Source: an uncultured Gemmatimonadales bacterium (lineage in GTDB: Bacteria > Gemmatimonadota > Gemmatimonadetes > Gemmatimonadales > GWC2-71-9). From it: a DNA stretch of 64,000 nucleotides. This document shows positions 1-10,185 of this stretch, piece by piece. How positions within the stretch are numbered: the first letter of the stretch is position 1; every line of letters begins with the position of its first letter. Under the pieces are notes generated by a model, which was not told the DNA's origin, ran no database searches, and saw only the letters and a program-made list of their open reading frames with translations. Made by a program: the position numbers and the translations under genes. The stretch spans positions 731,746 through 795,745 of the forward strand of contig CAWJOB010000001.1 in NCBI GenBank assembly GCA_963844445.1. Reading direction: 5' to 3'.

Positions 1-268
1 GCGAATAGCCGATCCCGGTCATCATCAGGATGTTGCAATAGATGGCGACGTTGACGTGGTTGGCCACGTCGGGAAACTGGACCAGGAGGAAATGCGCGGT
101 CGTGACGGCCAGGAAGATCAGGAAGGTGAGGCGGGTGATCCCGATCCACACGAAGAGCGCGGCGAGGAGCAGGACCACCAGGGTGAAGACCGGGTACGTC
201 CATCGCTCCGCCATCTCCAGGAACAGAGCGGTCATGTAGAGCGAGGCGAAGGTCGAGAAGGGCGTCAT
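1..268 (-). CDS. hypothetical integral membrane protein, N-terminal 89 codons only (gene runs off the window start)
   Basis: Own minus-strand translation from ATG 268-266: MTPFSTFASLYMTALFLEMAERWTYPVFTLVVLLLAALFVWIGITRLTFLIFLAVTTAHFLLVQFPDVANHVNVAIYCNILMMTGIGYS. No stop occurs before position 1. Third codon positions are GC-rich and the sequence is hydrophobic. ATGA overlap with the stop of the upstream gene. Absent from the ORF track because it is truncated. Confidence 0.5.
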   Translation of the reverse strand, partial: MTPFSTFASLYMTALFLEMAERWTYPVFTLVVLLLAALFVWIGITRLTFLIFLAVTTAHFLLVQFPDVANHVNVAIYCNILMMTGIGYS

Positions 269-1101
269 CGGTCGCGGGCGAACCATCGGTTGATCTCGGC
301 GAACGGGACCGCGCCGGACAGGCCGGTGAAGGTTCCTTGCTCGGCGATCTCCCTCGCCGCCTCGAGGAAGCCGCTCCAGGCCGCCCGCGCGAGCGCGCCT
401 CCGACGCTGATCCGCCGGGCACCCAGTCGAGCCAGCTCCTCCACCGTGGTGAAGTCGCTCCCGACCAGCACGTTCACCGGTTTGGGAGCGACCGCCGCGA
501 TCACCGCGGTGATCTCCGCCTTGGTATGGATGCCGGGCGCGTAGAGACACTCGGCGCCGGCTTCGGCGTAGGCGGTGAGCCGGCGGATGGTTTCGGTGAG
601 ATCGGGGCGTCCGACGATGAAGCCCTCGGATCGGCCGGTGAGGAGGACCCCCGTGCCGCTGGCGTCGATCGCCTCACGGGCGGCCCGCACCCGCTCCACC
701 GCCAGGCTGAAATCGAACAAGGGTTGTGAGGCGTCACCGGTGGAGTCCTCGATCGACAACCCGGCGACCCCGGTGGATGCAGCCGCCGCGACGTTGGCGC
801 CCACCGCGGCCGGCTCGGTCGCGAAGCCGCCCTCGAAGTCCCCGTTGACCGGGACCGGGACGCTCTCGGCGATCGACCGGAAGTGCGCCAGGGCCTCCGC
901 CAGCGACACGTTGTTGTCGGGCCTGCCCTGGGACCAGGCGAACCCGGAGCTGGTGGTCGCCAGCGCCTGGAAGCCAAGCCGGACGAGGAGGCGCGCGCTG
1001 CCGACGTCCCAGGGATTCGGGATCACGAAGCAGCCGGACTGGTGCATCCGCCGGAACGCGGCAGCTCGATCGACTACGGAGCTGGCAGTTGACCCGCTCA
1101 T
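265..1101 (-). CDS. isocitrate lyase / PEP mutase superfamily protein (2-methylisocitrate-lyase or oxaloacetate-decarboxylase-like)
   Basis: C-terminal 278 aa of ORF 265..1824(-), starting at ATG 1101-1099: MSGSTASSVVDRAAAFRRMHQSGCFVIPNPWDVGSARLL..GLSIEDS..ECLYAPG. 4-nt overlaps with both neighbouring genes. Confidence 0.85.
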   Translation of the reverse strand: MSGSTASSVVDRAAAFRRMHQSGCFVIPNPWDVGSARLLVRLGFQALATTSSGFAWSQGRPDNNVSLAEALAHFRSIAESVPVPVNGDFEGGFATEPAAVGANVAAAASTGVAGLSIEDSTGDASQPLFDFSLAVERVRAAREAIDASGTGVLLTGRSEGFIVGRPDLTETIRRLTAYAEAGAECLYAPGIHTKAEITAVIAAVAPKPVNVLVGSDFTTVEELARLGARRISVGGALARAAWSGFLEAAREIAEQGTFTGLSGAVPFAEINRWFARDR

Positions 1102-2396
1102 TGCAGGTCTCCCGGCAGATGGGGCGCCGAGAGCAGCGCGCGGAATGCGTTCCAGCGGGCCGCGGCATCGGCCCCGCCGGTCCGTTCCACCCACGCCGTG
1201 ACCAGGTCCCGGCCGAGGTTGTAGTTGATGACATAGCTGCGGTAGGTGTCGATGAAGCGCAACGTCTTGGCCGCCGCATCCGGCGCGACCAGCCAGTACC
1301 GCTGCATCATCGCCCGGGCGCCCGCCGCGTCCACCTGCCCATCGAGGTATTGCCGGGCGACCTCGTTCCGCGCGTAGTTCAGGCGCTCGACGATCTGGCG
1401 CACCGCGGCGTTCCGCTCCGCGAGGGCCGGGTCGAGGCCGGCGAGAGAAAACAGGGAGTCCCGCTCGAAGGCCACCCGCTCCGCCGGCGGGAACGCCATG
1501 TCGACCCCGAAGTTCGCGCTTCCCTCGGCGATGAGGGACTGCGGGCTGAACAGGGCATACATCGAGATCTCCACCCAGCCACGGTCCCGGACCAGCGCCT
1601 GCTCGAGCAGCGCGTTTTGGACGTGGTGCCCGGGATAGCCCTCGTGACAGGCGAGCTCGACCGCCCCGTCGAGCGGAATCGGAAAGTCCAGATTGACCCG
1701 GATCAGGCTGCGATAGTCGCCCTTGTACAAGTTGTGCGCGTTCCAGGGCGTTCCCTTGACGTACTCCAGATCGAATCGCTCGCCGGGTGGCAGGGGGAGA
1801 TGGGCCAGCGTGCGCGCCCGGCACGCGGCGATGGCGGTCTTGAACACGGTATCTACCTTCGCCTCCGGAATCATCAGACGGTCCTGGAAGCGCTGGTACC
1901 GTTCGACCAGCGGTCCCCGACCCGGGACCAGGGTGTCGAGCCGGCCGAGCAGCGAGTCGAAGTGCGCCTCCCCGTGGTGCGGTGGCGCGGCGTCGTACAG
2001 GGCTCGTGCCTCCTCATCGAAGGTGAGCCGCTCCCCGCCGAGCATCCGAGCGCGCGCGGCCATCGAGCCGAGCTGGACACGGAGATAGCTGTGGCGCAGG
2101 GCGACGATCGAATCGGCGTAGGCCGGGACGCTGTCGCCCAGGATGGCCACGAGGGACTCCGCTCCCGCCCGGATGTCCTGCGCCGACATCGAATCCGCCG
2201 CGGCCACCGACCGCAGGGAGTCGGGGCCGTAGTAGGCGTCGACATAGTTCGGGTCGTGCTGGCCCAAGCTCAGACCGAGGACGACGTAGCGCCGGGCCAC
2301 CGCGTCCAGGCGTCCGGGATCCGGGGCACTGGGGCGATCGGGACCGCATCCGGCCGCGAGGGCGAGCAGGATGGGGAGAGAGAAGCGCAGCCGCAT
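1098..2396 (-). CDS. DUF885-like lipoprotein with HExxPGHH metal-binding motif
   Basis: C-terminal 432 aa of ORF 1098..3926(-), starting at ATG 2396-2394. Lipobox signal MRLRFSLPILLALAAGC. The motif ELACHEGYPGHHVQ matches the DUF885 family as I recall it. Confidence 0.75.
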   Translation of the reverse strand: MRLRFSLPILLALAAGCGPDRPSAPDPGRLDAVARRYVVLGLSLGQHDPNYVDAYYGPDSLRSVAAADSMSAQDIRAGAESLVAILGDSVPAYADSIVALRHSYLRVQLGSMAARARMLGGERLTFDEEARALYDAAPPHHGEAHFDSLLGRLDTLVPGRGPLVERYQRFQDRLMIPEAKVDTVFKTAIAACRARTLAHLPLPPGERFDLEYVKGTPWNAHNLYKGDYRSLIRVNLDFPIPLDGAVELACHEGYPGHHVQNALLEQALVRDRGWVEISMYALFSPQSLIAEGSANFGVDMAFPPAERVAFERDSLFSLAGLDPALAERNAAVRQIVERLNYARNEVARQYLDGQVDAAGARAMMQRYWLVAPDAAAKTLRFIDTYRSYVINYNLGRDLVTAWVERTGGADAAARWNAFRALLSAPHLPGDLQ

Positions 2397-2663
2397 GGCT
2401 CTTAGACTCCTGTCTTGCAACGGCATTCTCCAATCTTCCCGGGCACGTGATCGTTCGCCAGGACCGATGGGCGCAGTGTCGGCCTCGCGCTCCGGAGAAG
2501 CCCACCCCACCGGCCCGCCGACGGCTCCTCGGGACGCCGGGAGTTTGCCCCACCGGGGGACCGGTCGTATCGTTGAGGGACACGTCCCACGCTCGAGCCC
2601 CGCGCCGCACCGCCATCGGCCACGCCGCCTTCCGAGCGGGAGTCGCGTTTGCCCGGAGGAGCC

Positions 2664-4118
2664 ATGAAGTACCCCGCCGTCTCCAACTATCTGAACGGAA
2701 CGTTCGTCGCGGACGACCTCCCCGCGCTCGAGGTGTACGATCCGAGCGAGGGCAGCGTCATCTCCCGGGTCCCGCTCTCTTCTCGGCGCGAAGTGGACCG
2801 CGCTGTCGAGAGCGCGCGGGCAGCCTTCCCCGGCTGGTCCGGGACGACCATCAAGGAGCGGGTCCAGGTCTTCTACCGCTACAAGGCGTTGCTCGAGCGC
2901 CATCTCGACGAGCTGGCGGCCCTGGTCAGCGAGGAGAACGGAAAGATCGCGAGCGAGGCCCGCGCCGAGGTGCTCAAGTCCGCCGAGCTGACCGAGTTCG
3001 CCTGCTCGCTGCCGCAGATCGTGCCGGGCGAGGTTCTGGAGGTGAGCCGCGGCGTGGAATGCCGGATCGAGCGCTACCCCCTCGGCGTCGTCGCGGCGAT
3101 CACGCCGTTCAACTTTCCCAACATGGTCCCGAACTGGTCGATCCCCAACGCCCTGGCCCTGGGCAACTGCCTCGTCCTCAAGCCCTCCGAGCTGGTCCCG
3201 CTGAGCGCGGGCAAGATCGCCGAGCTCCTGGCCGAGGCCGGGCTGCCTGAGGGAGTGCTCCAGGTGGTGCACGGGGGCAAGGACGCGGTGGAGGCGATCT
3301 GCGACCATCCGGGGATCGAGGCGATCAGCTTCGTCGGCTCGACCAAGGTGGCCAAGGTCGTCTACCGGCGCGGCACCGCTGCGCTCAAGCGAGTGCTGGC
3401 CCTGGGCGGTGCCAAGAACCACCTGATCGTCATGCCCGACGCAGATCTCGAGATGACGGCGGGCAACGTGGTGGCGTCCATGTCGGGCTGCGCCGGCCAG
3501 CGGTGCATGGCGGCCTCGGTGATGGTGGCGGTCTCCAAGACCGACCACATCATCCGCTGCATGGTGGAGCACGCCAAGCGGATGGTGCCGGGCAAGGACA
3601 TCGGGCCGGTCATCTCGGCCGAGTCGAAGGCCCGGATCGAGCGCTACATCGCGGAGGCAGAGGCCGCCGGGGCCGAGGTGCTGGTGGACGGCCGGAACAC
3701 GACGGTATCGGGACGGGAGGGCGGGTACTATCTCGGGCCCACCATCATCGACCGGGTCACGCCGGAGATGCGCATCGCCCAGGAAGAGGTCTTCGGCCCC
3801 GTGCTGGTGATCATCCGGAGCCGCGACCTGGATGAGGCCCTCGCCGTCGAGAACGCCTCTCCTTACGGGAACGCCGCGTCGGTCTTCACCGAGAGCGGCG
3901 GCACCGCGCGCTACGTGATGGAGCACGCCAGTGCCGGCATGGTCGGGGTGAACGTCGGCGTCCCGGTCCCCCGGGAGCCGTTCTCCTTCGGCGGCTGGAA
4001 CGAATCGAAATTCGGGGTGGGCGACATCACCGGCCGGGGGTCCATCGAGTTCTGGACCAAGTCGAAGAAGATGACGACGAAGTGGAACCGGGAGGCGGGG
4101 GTGAATTGGATGTCGTGA
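2664..4118 (+). CDS. mmsA: CoA-acylating methylmalonate/malonate-semialdehyde dehydrogenase
   Basis: ORF 2649..4118; ATG 2664 follows GGAGGA. Aldehyde dehydrogenase motifs ITPFNFPNMVP, SGCAGQRCMA and EEVFGPVL. Reads without any frame break. Confidence 0.9.
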   Translation: MKYPAVSNYLNGTFVADDLPALEVYDPSEGSVISRVPLSSRREVDRAVESARAAFPGWSGTTIKERVQVFYRYKALLERHLDELAALVSEENGKIASEARAEVLKSAELTEFACSLPQIVPGEVLEVSRGVECRIERYPLGVVAAITPFNFPNMVPNWSIPNALALGNCLVLKPSELVPLSAGKIAELLAEAGLPEGVLQVVHGGKDAVEAICDHPGIEAISFVGSTKVAKVVYRRGTAALKRVLALGGAKNHLIVMPDADLEMTAGNVVASMSGCAGQRCMAASVMVAVSKTDHIIRCMVEHAKRMVPGKDIGPVISAESKARIERYIAEAEAAGAEVLVDGRNTTVSGREGGYYLGPTIIDRVTPEMRIAQEEVFGPVLVIIRSRDLDEALAVENASPYGNAASVFTESGGTARYVMEHASAGMVGVNVGVPVPREPFSFGGWNESKFGVGDITGRGSIEFWTKSKKMTTKWNREAGVNWMS

Positions 4119-4147
4119 GTGCCTTGTCAGGAAGCCAGGAGAGTCAC

Positions 4148-5268
4148 ATGGCCGTCAACCGATCCGTCGATTTCACGGGGATTCATTTCGAGAATCCCTT
4201 TCTCCTCTCCTCGGCGCCGCCGACGGAGTCGGAGAGCAACATCCTTCGCGCGTTCGAGGCGGGGTGGGCCGGGGTGGTCACCAAGACCATCGGGCTCCAT
4301 CCGGTCGTCAACGTGGTGGGCGCCAAGGCCAAGTTCATGCGCACTACGCCCGAGGACGCCTACGTCTCGATGAAGAAGCGCCCGGGCGCGGCCCTCCACT
4401 CCTCGTGGAACTGGGAGCTCATCTCCGACAAGACCCTCGATTGGTGGCTGCCCCGCCTCCGGCGGATCAAGGAGGCCTTCCCCGACCGCGTCCTCATCGC
4501 GTCCATCATGGCGGGCTCCGGAAACGACAAGGAGCTGAAGAACTGGCAGCGCCTCGCGCGGGACTGTCAGGACGCCGGGGTGGACGGGCTCGAGCTCAAC
4601 TTTTCCTGCCCCCACATGGACCGCCGCGACATGGGGTCGAACATCGGGAAGGACCAGGGACTCTGCTCGGTGGTGACCGAGGCGGTCAAGGAAGCCGCCA
4701 CGGTGCCGGTCTGGTGCAAGCTCACCCCGGCCACGGCGGAGATCGAGGTCGAGGCGGCGGCCTGCTTCCGCGGCGGCGCCGATGCGATCGTCTCCTCCAA
4801 CACCTTCCCGTCCATTCCCCTGATCGATCCCGAGACGCTGGAGTTCGAGATCAACGTCGATGGCTTCGTGTCCAGTGGCGGGCTCGGCGGGCCGGCGATC
4901 CTGCCGCTCTCGCTGGCGAAGATGGCGCAGATGACGCGGGCGTTTCCCGACCGGAGCTTCTCGGGGATCGGCGGCGTGTCCGACTTCAACCAGGCCCTGT
5001 CCTACATCCTGCTGGGTTGCGGCACGGTGCAGGTGTGCACCGCCGCGATGCTGGACCAGGCGGTGGGACCGAACGTGATCAAGCGGCTCTCGCCGGGCTC
5101 GACGCGTTCCTGGAGCGGAACGCCGAGCGTGGGTGGAGCCGGGTCGAGGACTTCCGCGGGCTGCGGCGCGACCGGATCGTCCCCCAGTCCGACATCCGCC
5201 GGCCCGAGGCGGCCGACTATCACTCAGGGTACGAGGTGGCGGAGGGGTACGCCGGCGCGGAGCTGTGA
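4148..5268 (+). pseudogene. dihydropyrimidine dehydrogenase PreA-like (DHOD-fold) protein, one frame break (or a sequence error)
   Basis: Frame of 4082..5296: MAVNRSVDFTGIHFENPFLLSSAPP..LNFSCPHM..GIGGV..AVGPNVIKR. Then frame of 4264..5268: ALAGLDAFLERNAERGWSRVEDFRGL..AEL*. ATG 4148 follows AGGAGA. The join needs one missing nt near 5087 (aagcg^gctctc). Confidence 0.8.
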
Positions 5269-5276
5269 CGCCGGCT

Positions 5277-6130
5277 TCACCCCTCCTCGCGCGTGATCAC
5301 CGCTTCGATCCGCCCGTACGGCTCTTCGGTCGCCACGAAGATCTCATTCGGGTTGTCCAGGCCGAGCGGGGCGAGGTCCACCACCAGGTGGTGGCGGTTC
5401 GGCAGGATCAGGCGGATCTCGGTGATTTCGGCGCAACGGGCCAGCGCCGCCTCGCCCATCGCATAGAGCGTGTGCTGCACCGAGGCCGACTCGTGCCGGG
5501 CAAAAGTCTCGATCAGCGCCGCGCGGACCGCGTGCCATGAAGCACCGTAGTCGCCGGGCGGCTGCGAGTATCGCCAGCGCGCCACCACATCGGTGGCCAG
5601 AATCCGGTCGTCGGTCTCCCTGAGCGTGGTGTATTCGTCGCGAAGAAAGCCGGTGAACGCCGATCCGGTCGTCTTGAGCAAGCCCCAGACCCTCGATCCC
5701 CGCCTCGACTCCACCTCCCTTGTCGTCCACGGTGACGGTCGCCAGCCGGCGCTCCGCCGGGCCCCGCACGAATGCGTGATCGTGCGGGGCGTCGCCCACG
5801 CTCGCCCTATCCCATCGGTTGACCGTGATTCCGACGACCGCGCGCCGCGCGGCGGGGCAGGCGGCGAGAAAATGGCGGGCCAGCCGCTCGCCGAACTCCT
5901 CGGGTGGATCCACCGGACCCTGCCGGGCCAGGGCATACACGGTGTTCTTCATCGTGTCGGTGGGCAGGACCTGCCGAGTTGTCGCCCGCCGTATGGGTCG
6001 GCCCGAAGTCGCCTTGCAGCTGAACCTCGACCGTGAGGTCGTGCAGCTCATGCCGCGCCGCGCCGCGATCCACCTTCACCAGGCGAACCGCCGCCTTGCC
6101 GTATCCGTTCCAGGCCAGTCGCGGCGTCAT
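5277..6130 (-). pseudogene. urate oxidase (uricase), two frame breaks
   Basis: Three minus-strand frames carry consecutive uricase segments. 5807..6130: MTPRLAWNGYGKAAVRLVKV..GDNS. 5344..6051: VLPTDTMKNTVYALAR..GIEGLGL. 5277..5936: LLKTTGSAFTGFLRDEYTTL..ILPNRHH. Junctions near 5971 and 5679 each look like one extra nt. Confidence 0.85.
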
Positions 6131-6133
6131 GGC

Positions 6134-6476
6134 TCAGCTCCCCCGATAGGTGGAGTAGCCGAACGGCGAGAGGAGCAGCGGCAGGTGATAGTGCGGCACT
6201 CCGTCCAGCTACCTCGAAGTCGACCACCACCTCGGGATAGAGCGTGTCCCGGCCTGCCGCCTTGAACCAGGCGCCGGTCTCGAACACGAGTCGGTAGCGG
6301 CCGGACGGGACCCCGCCGGGGAGCCAGTCGCGAACCCGGCCATCGGCATCGCGTGGTGGCCGAAGCCAGTAGCCGTGGCGTCTGGCCCCCGGGCCCGCCT
6401 GCTCCAGTCGCACCGTCAGTCCGGCGGCGGGCTTTCCCGCGCTGGTGTCGAGTACGTGGCTCGTGATCCGGGTCAT
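6134..6476 (-). pseudogene. hiuH: 5-hydroxyisourate hydrolase (transthyretin-like), one frame break
   Basis: MTRITSHVLDTSAGKPAAGLTVRLEQ..GRYRLVFETGAWF..YPEVVVDFEV. After a 1-nt shift near 6195, own translation gives PHYHLPLLLSPFGYSTYRGS*, with the stop at 6134-6136. Confidence 0.85.
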
Positions 6477-6997
6477 GAGTGCTCTCGCTCCGATCAGGGT
6501 CTTCAGCCGAAGCCGGGTGATCTTGCGCTGTTCCTCCGCCGCGATCGCGCGCTCCCGGTCAGGGTCGTTCCTCATTCTCGCCGCGATATCGGCCAGCATC
6601 TCGTCGGGGCTCCTTCCGGCGGCGCACACGATGTAGATCCGGCCGAACTGCCGCTCGTACGCGTCGTTCGCCTCGGCCAGCGCGGCTCGGGCCGCCGCCC
6701 CGGCTGCCGGTGGCGGCGCGCTGTTCCCCCGGCGGACCAGGCCCGGGCGGTCGCGCTCACCGGCGCCGCGGCGTGACGCTCGCCGATTCTCGGATGGTGG
6801 GCGAACGCCTCCTCCCAGTCCTCGGGGCCCGTCGCGCGCCACGCCTCGTCGGCCGCCGCGAGCAGATCGGCGGCGCTCGCGAACGGCCGCCGGGCGAGCA
6901 TGGCCTCGACCCAGCGGGACGAGCCGCAGCAGCCGCGGAGCTGCTCCGCCGCCTCCTGCTGTGGCAGCGCGTTGAGCCGGTCGAGCGCGGCCGTCAC
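6477..6997 (-). pseudogene. uraD: OHCU decarboxylase, at least one frame break; reads in frame into hiuH
   Basis: GTG 6997-6995 overlaps the allantoicase stop (GTGA). Frame of 6572..8047: TAALDRLNALPQQEAAEQLRGCCGSSRWVEAMLARRPF..AFAHHPRIGE. Then frame of 6048..7040: NDAYERQFGRIYIVCAAGRSPDEMLADIAARMRNDPDRERAIAAEEQRKITRLRL. No stop precedes the hiuH ATG in that last frame. Confidence 0.75.
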
Positions 6998-7987
6998 GGC
7001 GACACCGTCCCGAAGAGCCGAAGCCGCGCGATGCCGCCATCGGGATAGATCGCGAGCCGCGCGTGGGTGGCCGGCTGCCCCGTCACCTCGAACTGGTGCT
7101 GGGCGTCGGGCTGGAGCGCCGTGCGCGGGAGCAGCGTGGCCCACGCGAGGTCGGGCCCGGAAAGCAGCTCCGGCGCGAGGCCGGGCACGTCGCAGGTCTC
7201 CACCGAGCAGCTCTCCGGAGCGTTGCCCTTGAAGTGGTCGGTGTCCACCTCGATCCGGCGCGATCGTTCCGCGGGCCGCCAGCCGCACGATGATCCAGTC
7301 GTGGCCGGGTCCGCGGCGGCGCTTGGTCTCCCACCCGTCGCCCATGTGGGTGGAGCGGCCGGGCAGGATGAGGTTGTGCCGGTGGCCGAAGAACATGTCG
7401 CTGCAGCCGACGACGAGGCCGCCGTTCTCGAGCGCGGCCAGGTCGGCCTCGCACGCCCGGCTGGAGACTGGGCATCGGGCACCGGTTCGCCGTACACCCG
7501 GAGCCGGGCCACGCCGCCATCGGGATAGATGTTGAAGCGGAGATGGGTGACCCGTCCCCGCGGCGCGACGGCGAACAGGTTCTCGGCGTCGCCCTGAAGC
7601 GCCGACCGGGGGAGGATCTCCTCCCACTCCACCCCATCTCCCGCGGCGAGCGCCTCGGCATCTTCTACGCCGTCGACCGCGCAGGCCTCGAGCGAGCACT
7701 GCTCGGGAAAGTTGCCCTTGAAGAAGCTGGTGTCCACCACCACGCCGTGCACCACCGCCGGGATGCCGAGCCGGACGAGGCACCAGTCGTGACCCGGGGT
7801 CGCGGCGGCGGCGGGTCTCCCAGCCGTCCATCCACTTGCCGCGATCGGTGTACTCGCCCTCGCGCCAGACCGGCTTCTCCGGCTTGAGCAGATTCTCCTT
7901 GGGCGCGAAGAACTCGTCGTTCGCCAGCAGCACGGCCCCGCCGAGGCGCGCGGCCGCGACGTCAACCAGGTCGGTGAATGGGCTCAT
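6994..7987 (-). pseudogene. alc: allantoicase, three frame breaks
   Basis: Segments alternate between frames 6572..8047 and 6994..7965: MSPFTDLVDVAAARLGGAVLLANDEFFAPKENLL..WMDGWETRRRR / HDWCLVRLGIPAVVHGVVVDTSFFKGNFPEQCSLEA..RFNIYPDGGVARLRVYG / LENGGLVVGCSDMFFGHRHNLILPGR..GDGWETKRRRGPGHDWIIVRL / IEVDTDHFKGNAPESCSVE..RLAIYPDGGIARLRLFG. Both allantoicase repeats are present. Confidence 0.85.
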
Positions 7988-9351
7988 GAGTCGAGACGGG
8001 TAGAGCAGTCGGCCGCGCGGCGGTGGATCCGTCCGCGCCGCGGGCATACACGCGCTCGCCCCGAAGGTACGTCGCCTCGACCACCCCGGCGAGTGTCCGG
8101 CCGAGCCATGGCGTGATCGCGTGGCGGTGGCGAAGGACGTTCTCGGTCACCACGAACTCCTCCTCCGGCTGCCAGAGGACCAGATCGGCGTCGCGACCCG
8201 CGGCGATGGCGCCCTTTCTGGCCGGCCAGCCCGGCCAGACGGGCGGGGCCGGCGCAGAGCCAGGCGGCCAGCCGCTCCGGGGAGTATCCTCGGGCCCGGG
8301 CGCCGGTCCAGACGGCGGGAAGCCGGAGCTGGAGTGACGCGATCCCGCCCCAGGCCCGGAGAAAGTCACCCTCTTCCCGCAGCTTCAGCGCCGGCTGGCG
8401 CCGGGGAATGGTCGCTCACCACCGCGTCCAGCCGGTCGCGCGCCAGCGCCTCCCACAACCCGTCGCGATGCCGCGCCTCCCTGATCGGCGGAGCGCACTT
8501 GTATTCGGTGGCGCCGTCGGGAATCTCCTCGGCGGCAAAGCCGAGGTAGTGCGGGCAGGTCTCCGCCGTCATCCGGATCCCCTCGGCCCGAGCGGCGGCG
8601 ATCAGCTCGAGGGTCTCGGCCGCGGAGACGTGGACGACGTGCATCCGAAGCCCCGACTCGCGCGCCAGCTCGATCAGGAATCGCACGGCCTCGGTCTCCG
8701 CGCCGACCGGGCGGCCGGCGAGCCAGGTGGCGTAGGACCGGCGGATCTCCCGAGGTCACCGCGGCGCGCTCCAGCAGCCGGGGGCCACTCGGCGTGCACC
8801 ATCAGCAGGGCGTCGAGCGCCGCGAGCGTCGGCGCCGCCTCACGCAGGTCGCCGGGCGACATCGGAGGGAACTCGTCCACGCCGGAGGGGCAGAGGAAGC
8901 ACTTGAACCCGAAGACGCCGGCCGAGTGCAGCGGAGCGAGCTCGGCGGCGTTGCCGGGCACCAGGCCGCCGAGAAAGCCGGTGTCGACCGCGCAGCGGCC
9001 AAGGGCCGCGGCGCGCTTGGTCTCGAGCGCGGCCACGCCGGTGGTCGGAGGAATGCTGTTGAGCGGCATGTCGAGCAGCGTGGTGACGCCGCCGGCAGCC
9101 GCCGCGCGGGTCGCGGTGGCGAACCCCTCCCACTCGGTCCGCCCCGGCTCGTTCACGTGGACGTGGGTATCCACCAGGCCGGGGAAGACCAGCGCGTCGC
9201 CCGCCTCCACCAGCTCGACGCCGGCGGCCACCTCGTCGAAGGAACCGACAGCGGCGATCCGCCCGCCGGCGATGTGGATCGCCGCCGCGCGAAGCCCCTC
9301 GGGCGTCGCGACGCGACGGCCGCGGATGACGAGGGATGCCTTCATGGCCAT
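7962..9351 (-). pseudogene. allB: allantoinase (cyclic amidohydrolase), at least three frame breaks; 3' end ambiguous
   Basis: 8674..9351: [55 protein letters not shown]. 8366..8686: LRMHVVHVSAAETLELIAAARAEGIRMTAETCPHYL..VVSDHSP. 7962..8369: AIAAGRDADLVLW..TYLRGERVY. The C-terminal frame is unresolved and overlaps the alc start at 7987. Confidence 0.75.
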
Positions 9352-9360
9352 CGGCGACCG

Positions 9361-10185
9361 TCACCCCGTCTCGGTCCAGAACCGGCGCAGCAGATTGGCT
9401 GCCACGTCCCGCCGGTAAGCCGCCGTGGAGCGGAGGTCGTCGATCGGATGGATGTCCTGATCCAGCCGGCGCACCGCCTCGATCCATGCCCGCACCGCCG
9501 GCCAGCGCCTCGCTCGACGGCCGCGAGCCGGATGACCGTGGGGGCGACGCTGCCGAGCGCGATCCGGGGCCGGGGCCCACGCACCGCCGCCATCACCACC
9601 TTGGAGATCGCCTGCGCCGCCCGGGTGCCCACCTTGCGGAACCACTGGCGGCCCTCGACCGGCGGGATCTCGAAGGCCACGATCAGCTCGTCGGGCCGGC
9701 GGACGGTGGCCCGATAGCCGGTGTAGAAGTCCCCGAACGGCACCCGCCGCTCCCCGTCTACGCTGCGCAGCACCACCACCGCCTCCGCCACCGCCAGCAC
9801 CGGAAGGGTGTCCCCGGCGGGCGAGCCGTTGGCGACGTTGCCGCCCAGCGTCCCGCGGTTCTGGATCTGCATCCCGCCCACCTCGCGGGCCGCGCTCGCC
9901 AGCATCGGCAGGCGTTGCCGGACCAGCCGGGAGCGCAGCAGTGCCGTGTAGGTGGCGAGGGCGCCGATCCGGAGGGTGCCGTTCCGCAGCGTGATGCGGC
10001 GCAGCGGGCTCAGCGCCCAGAGGTTGAGGAACCGGGTGCTCTCCAGCGTGCCGAAGTTGAGCGCCACGTAGAGGTCGGTGGCGCCGGCCAGCGGTGTGAG
10101 CCGCGCCGTCGTTCCGCAGCATCCGGAGCGCGTCCTGCACCGAGCGGGGCTGGAGCAGCTCCAGCGGGGAGATGGCCGTTCTCAT
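9361..10185 (-). pseudogene. xanthine dehydrogenase-family FAD-binding subunit (CoxM/XdhB type), two frame breaks
   Basis: N-terminus MRTAISPLELLQPRSVQDALRML and C-terminus DIHPIDDLRSTAAYRRDVAANLLRRFWTETG* lie in the frame of 9361..10332. The core LNFGTLESTRFLNLWAL..QNRGTLGGNVANGSPAGD..FRKVGTRAAQAISKV lies in the frame of 9342..10067. ATGA overlap with the upstream gene. Confidence 0.8.

Noticed and set aside
1089-2405. 438-aa plus-strand ORF, with the similarly long antisense ORFs 57883..59118(-), 13586..14902(-), 51023..52603(-), 45073..46596(-) and 53016..54320(-).
   Set aside because: Each is antisense to a gene with strong family signatures and has the R/G/P/A composition expected from reading GC-rich codons out of phase.
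7962-8050. Apparent in-frame continuity (..PRGRLLYPSRL-MSPFTD..) suggesting an allantoinase-allantoicase fusion.
   Set aside because: The allantoinase C-terminus can be read in three different frames here and the region is full of indels, so I cannot decide between a fusion, an ATGA overlap and separate genes.
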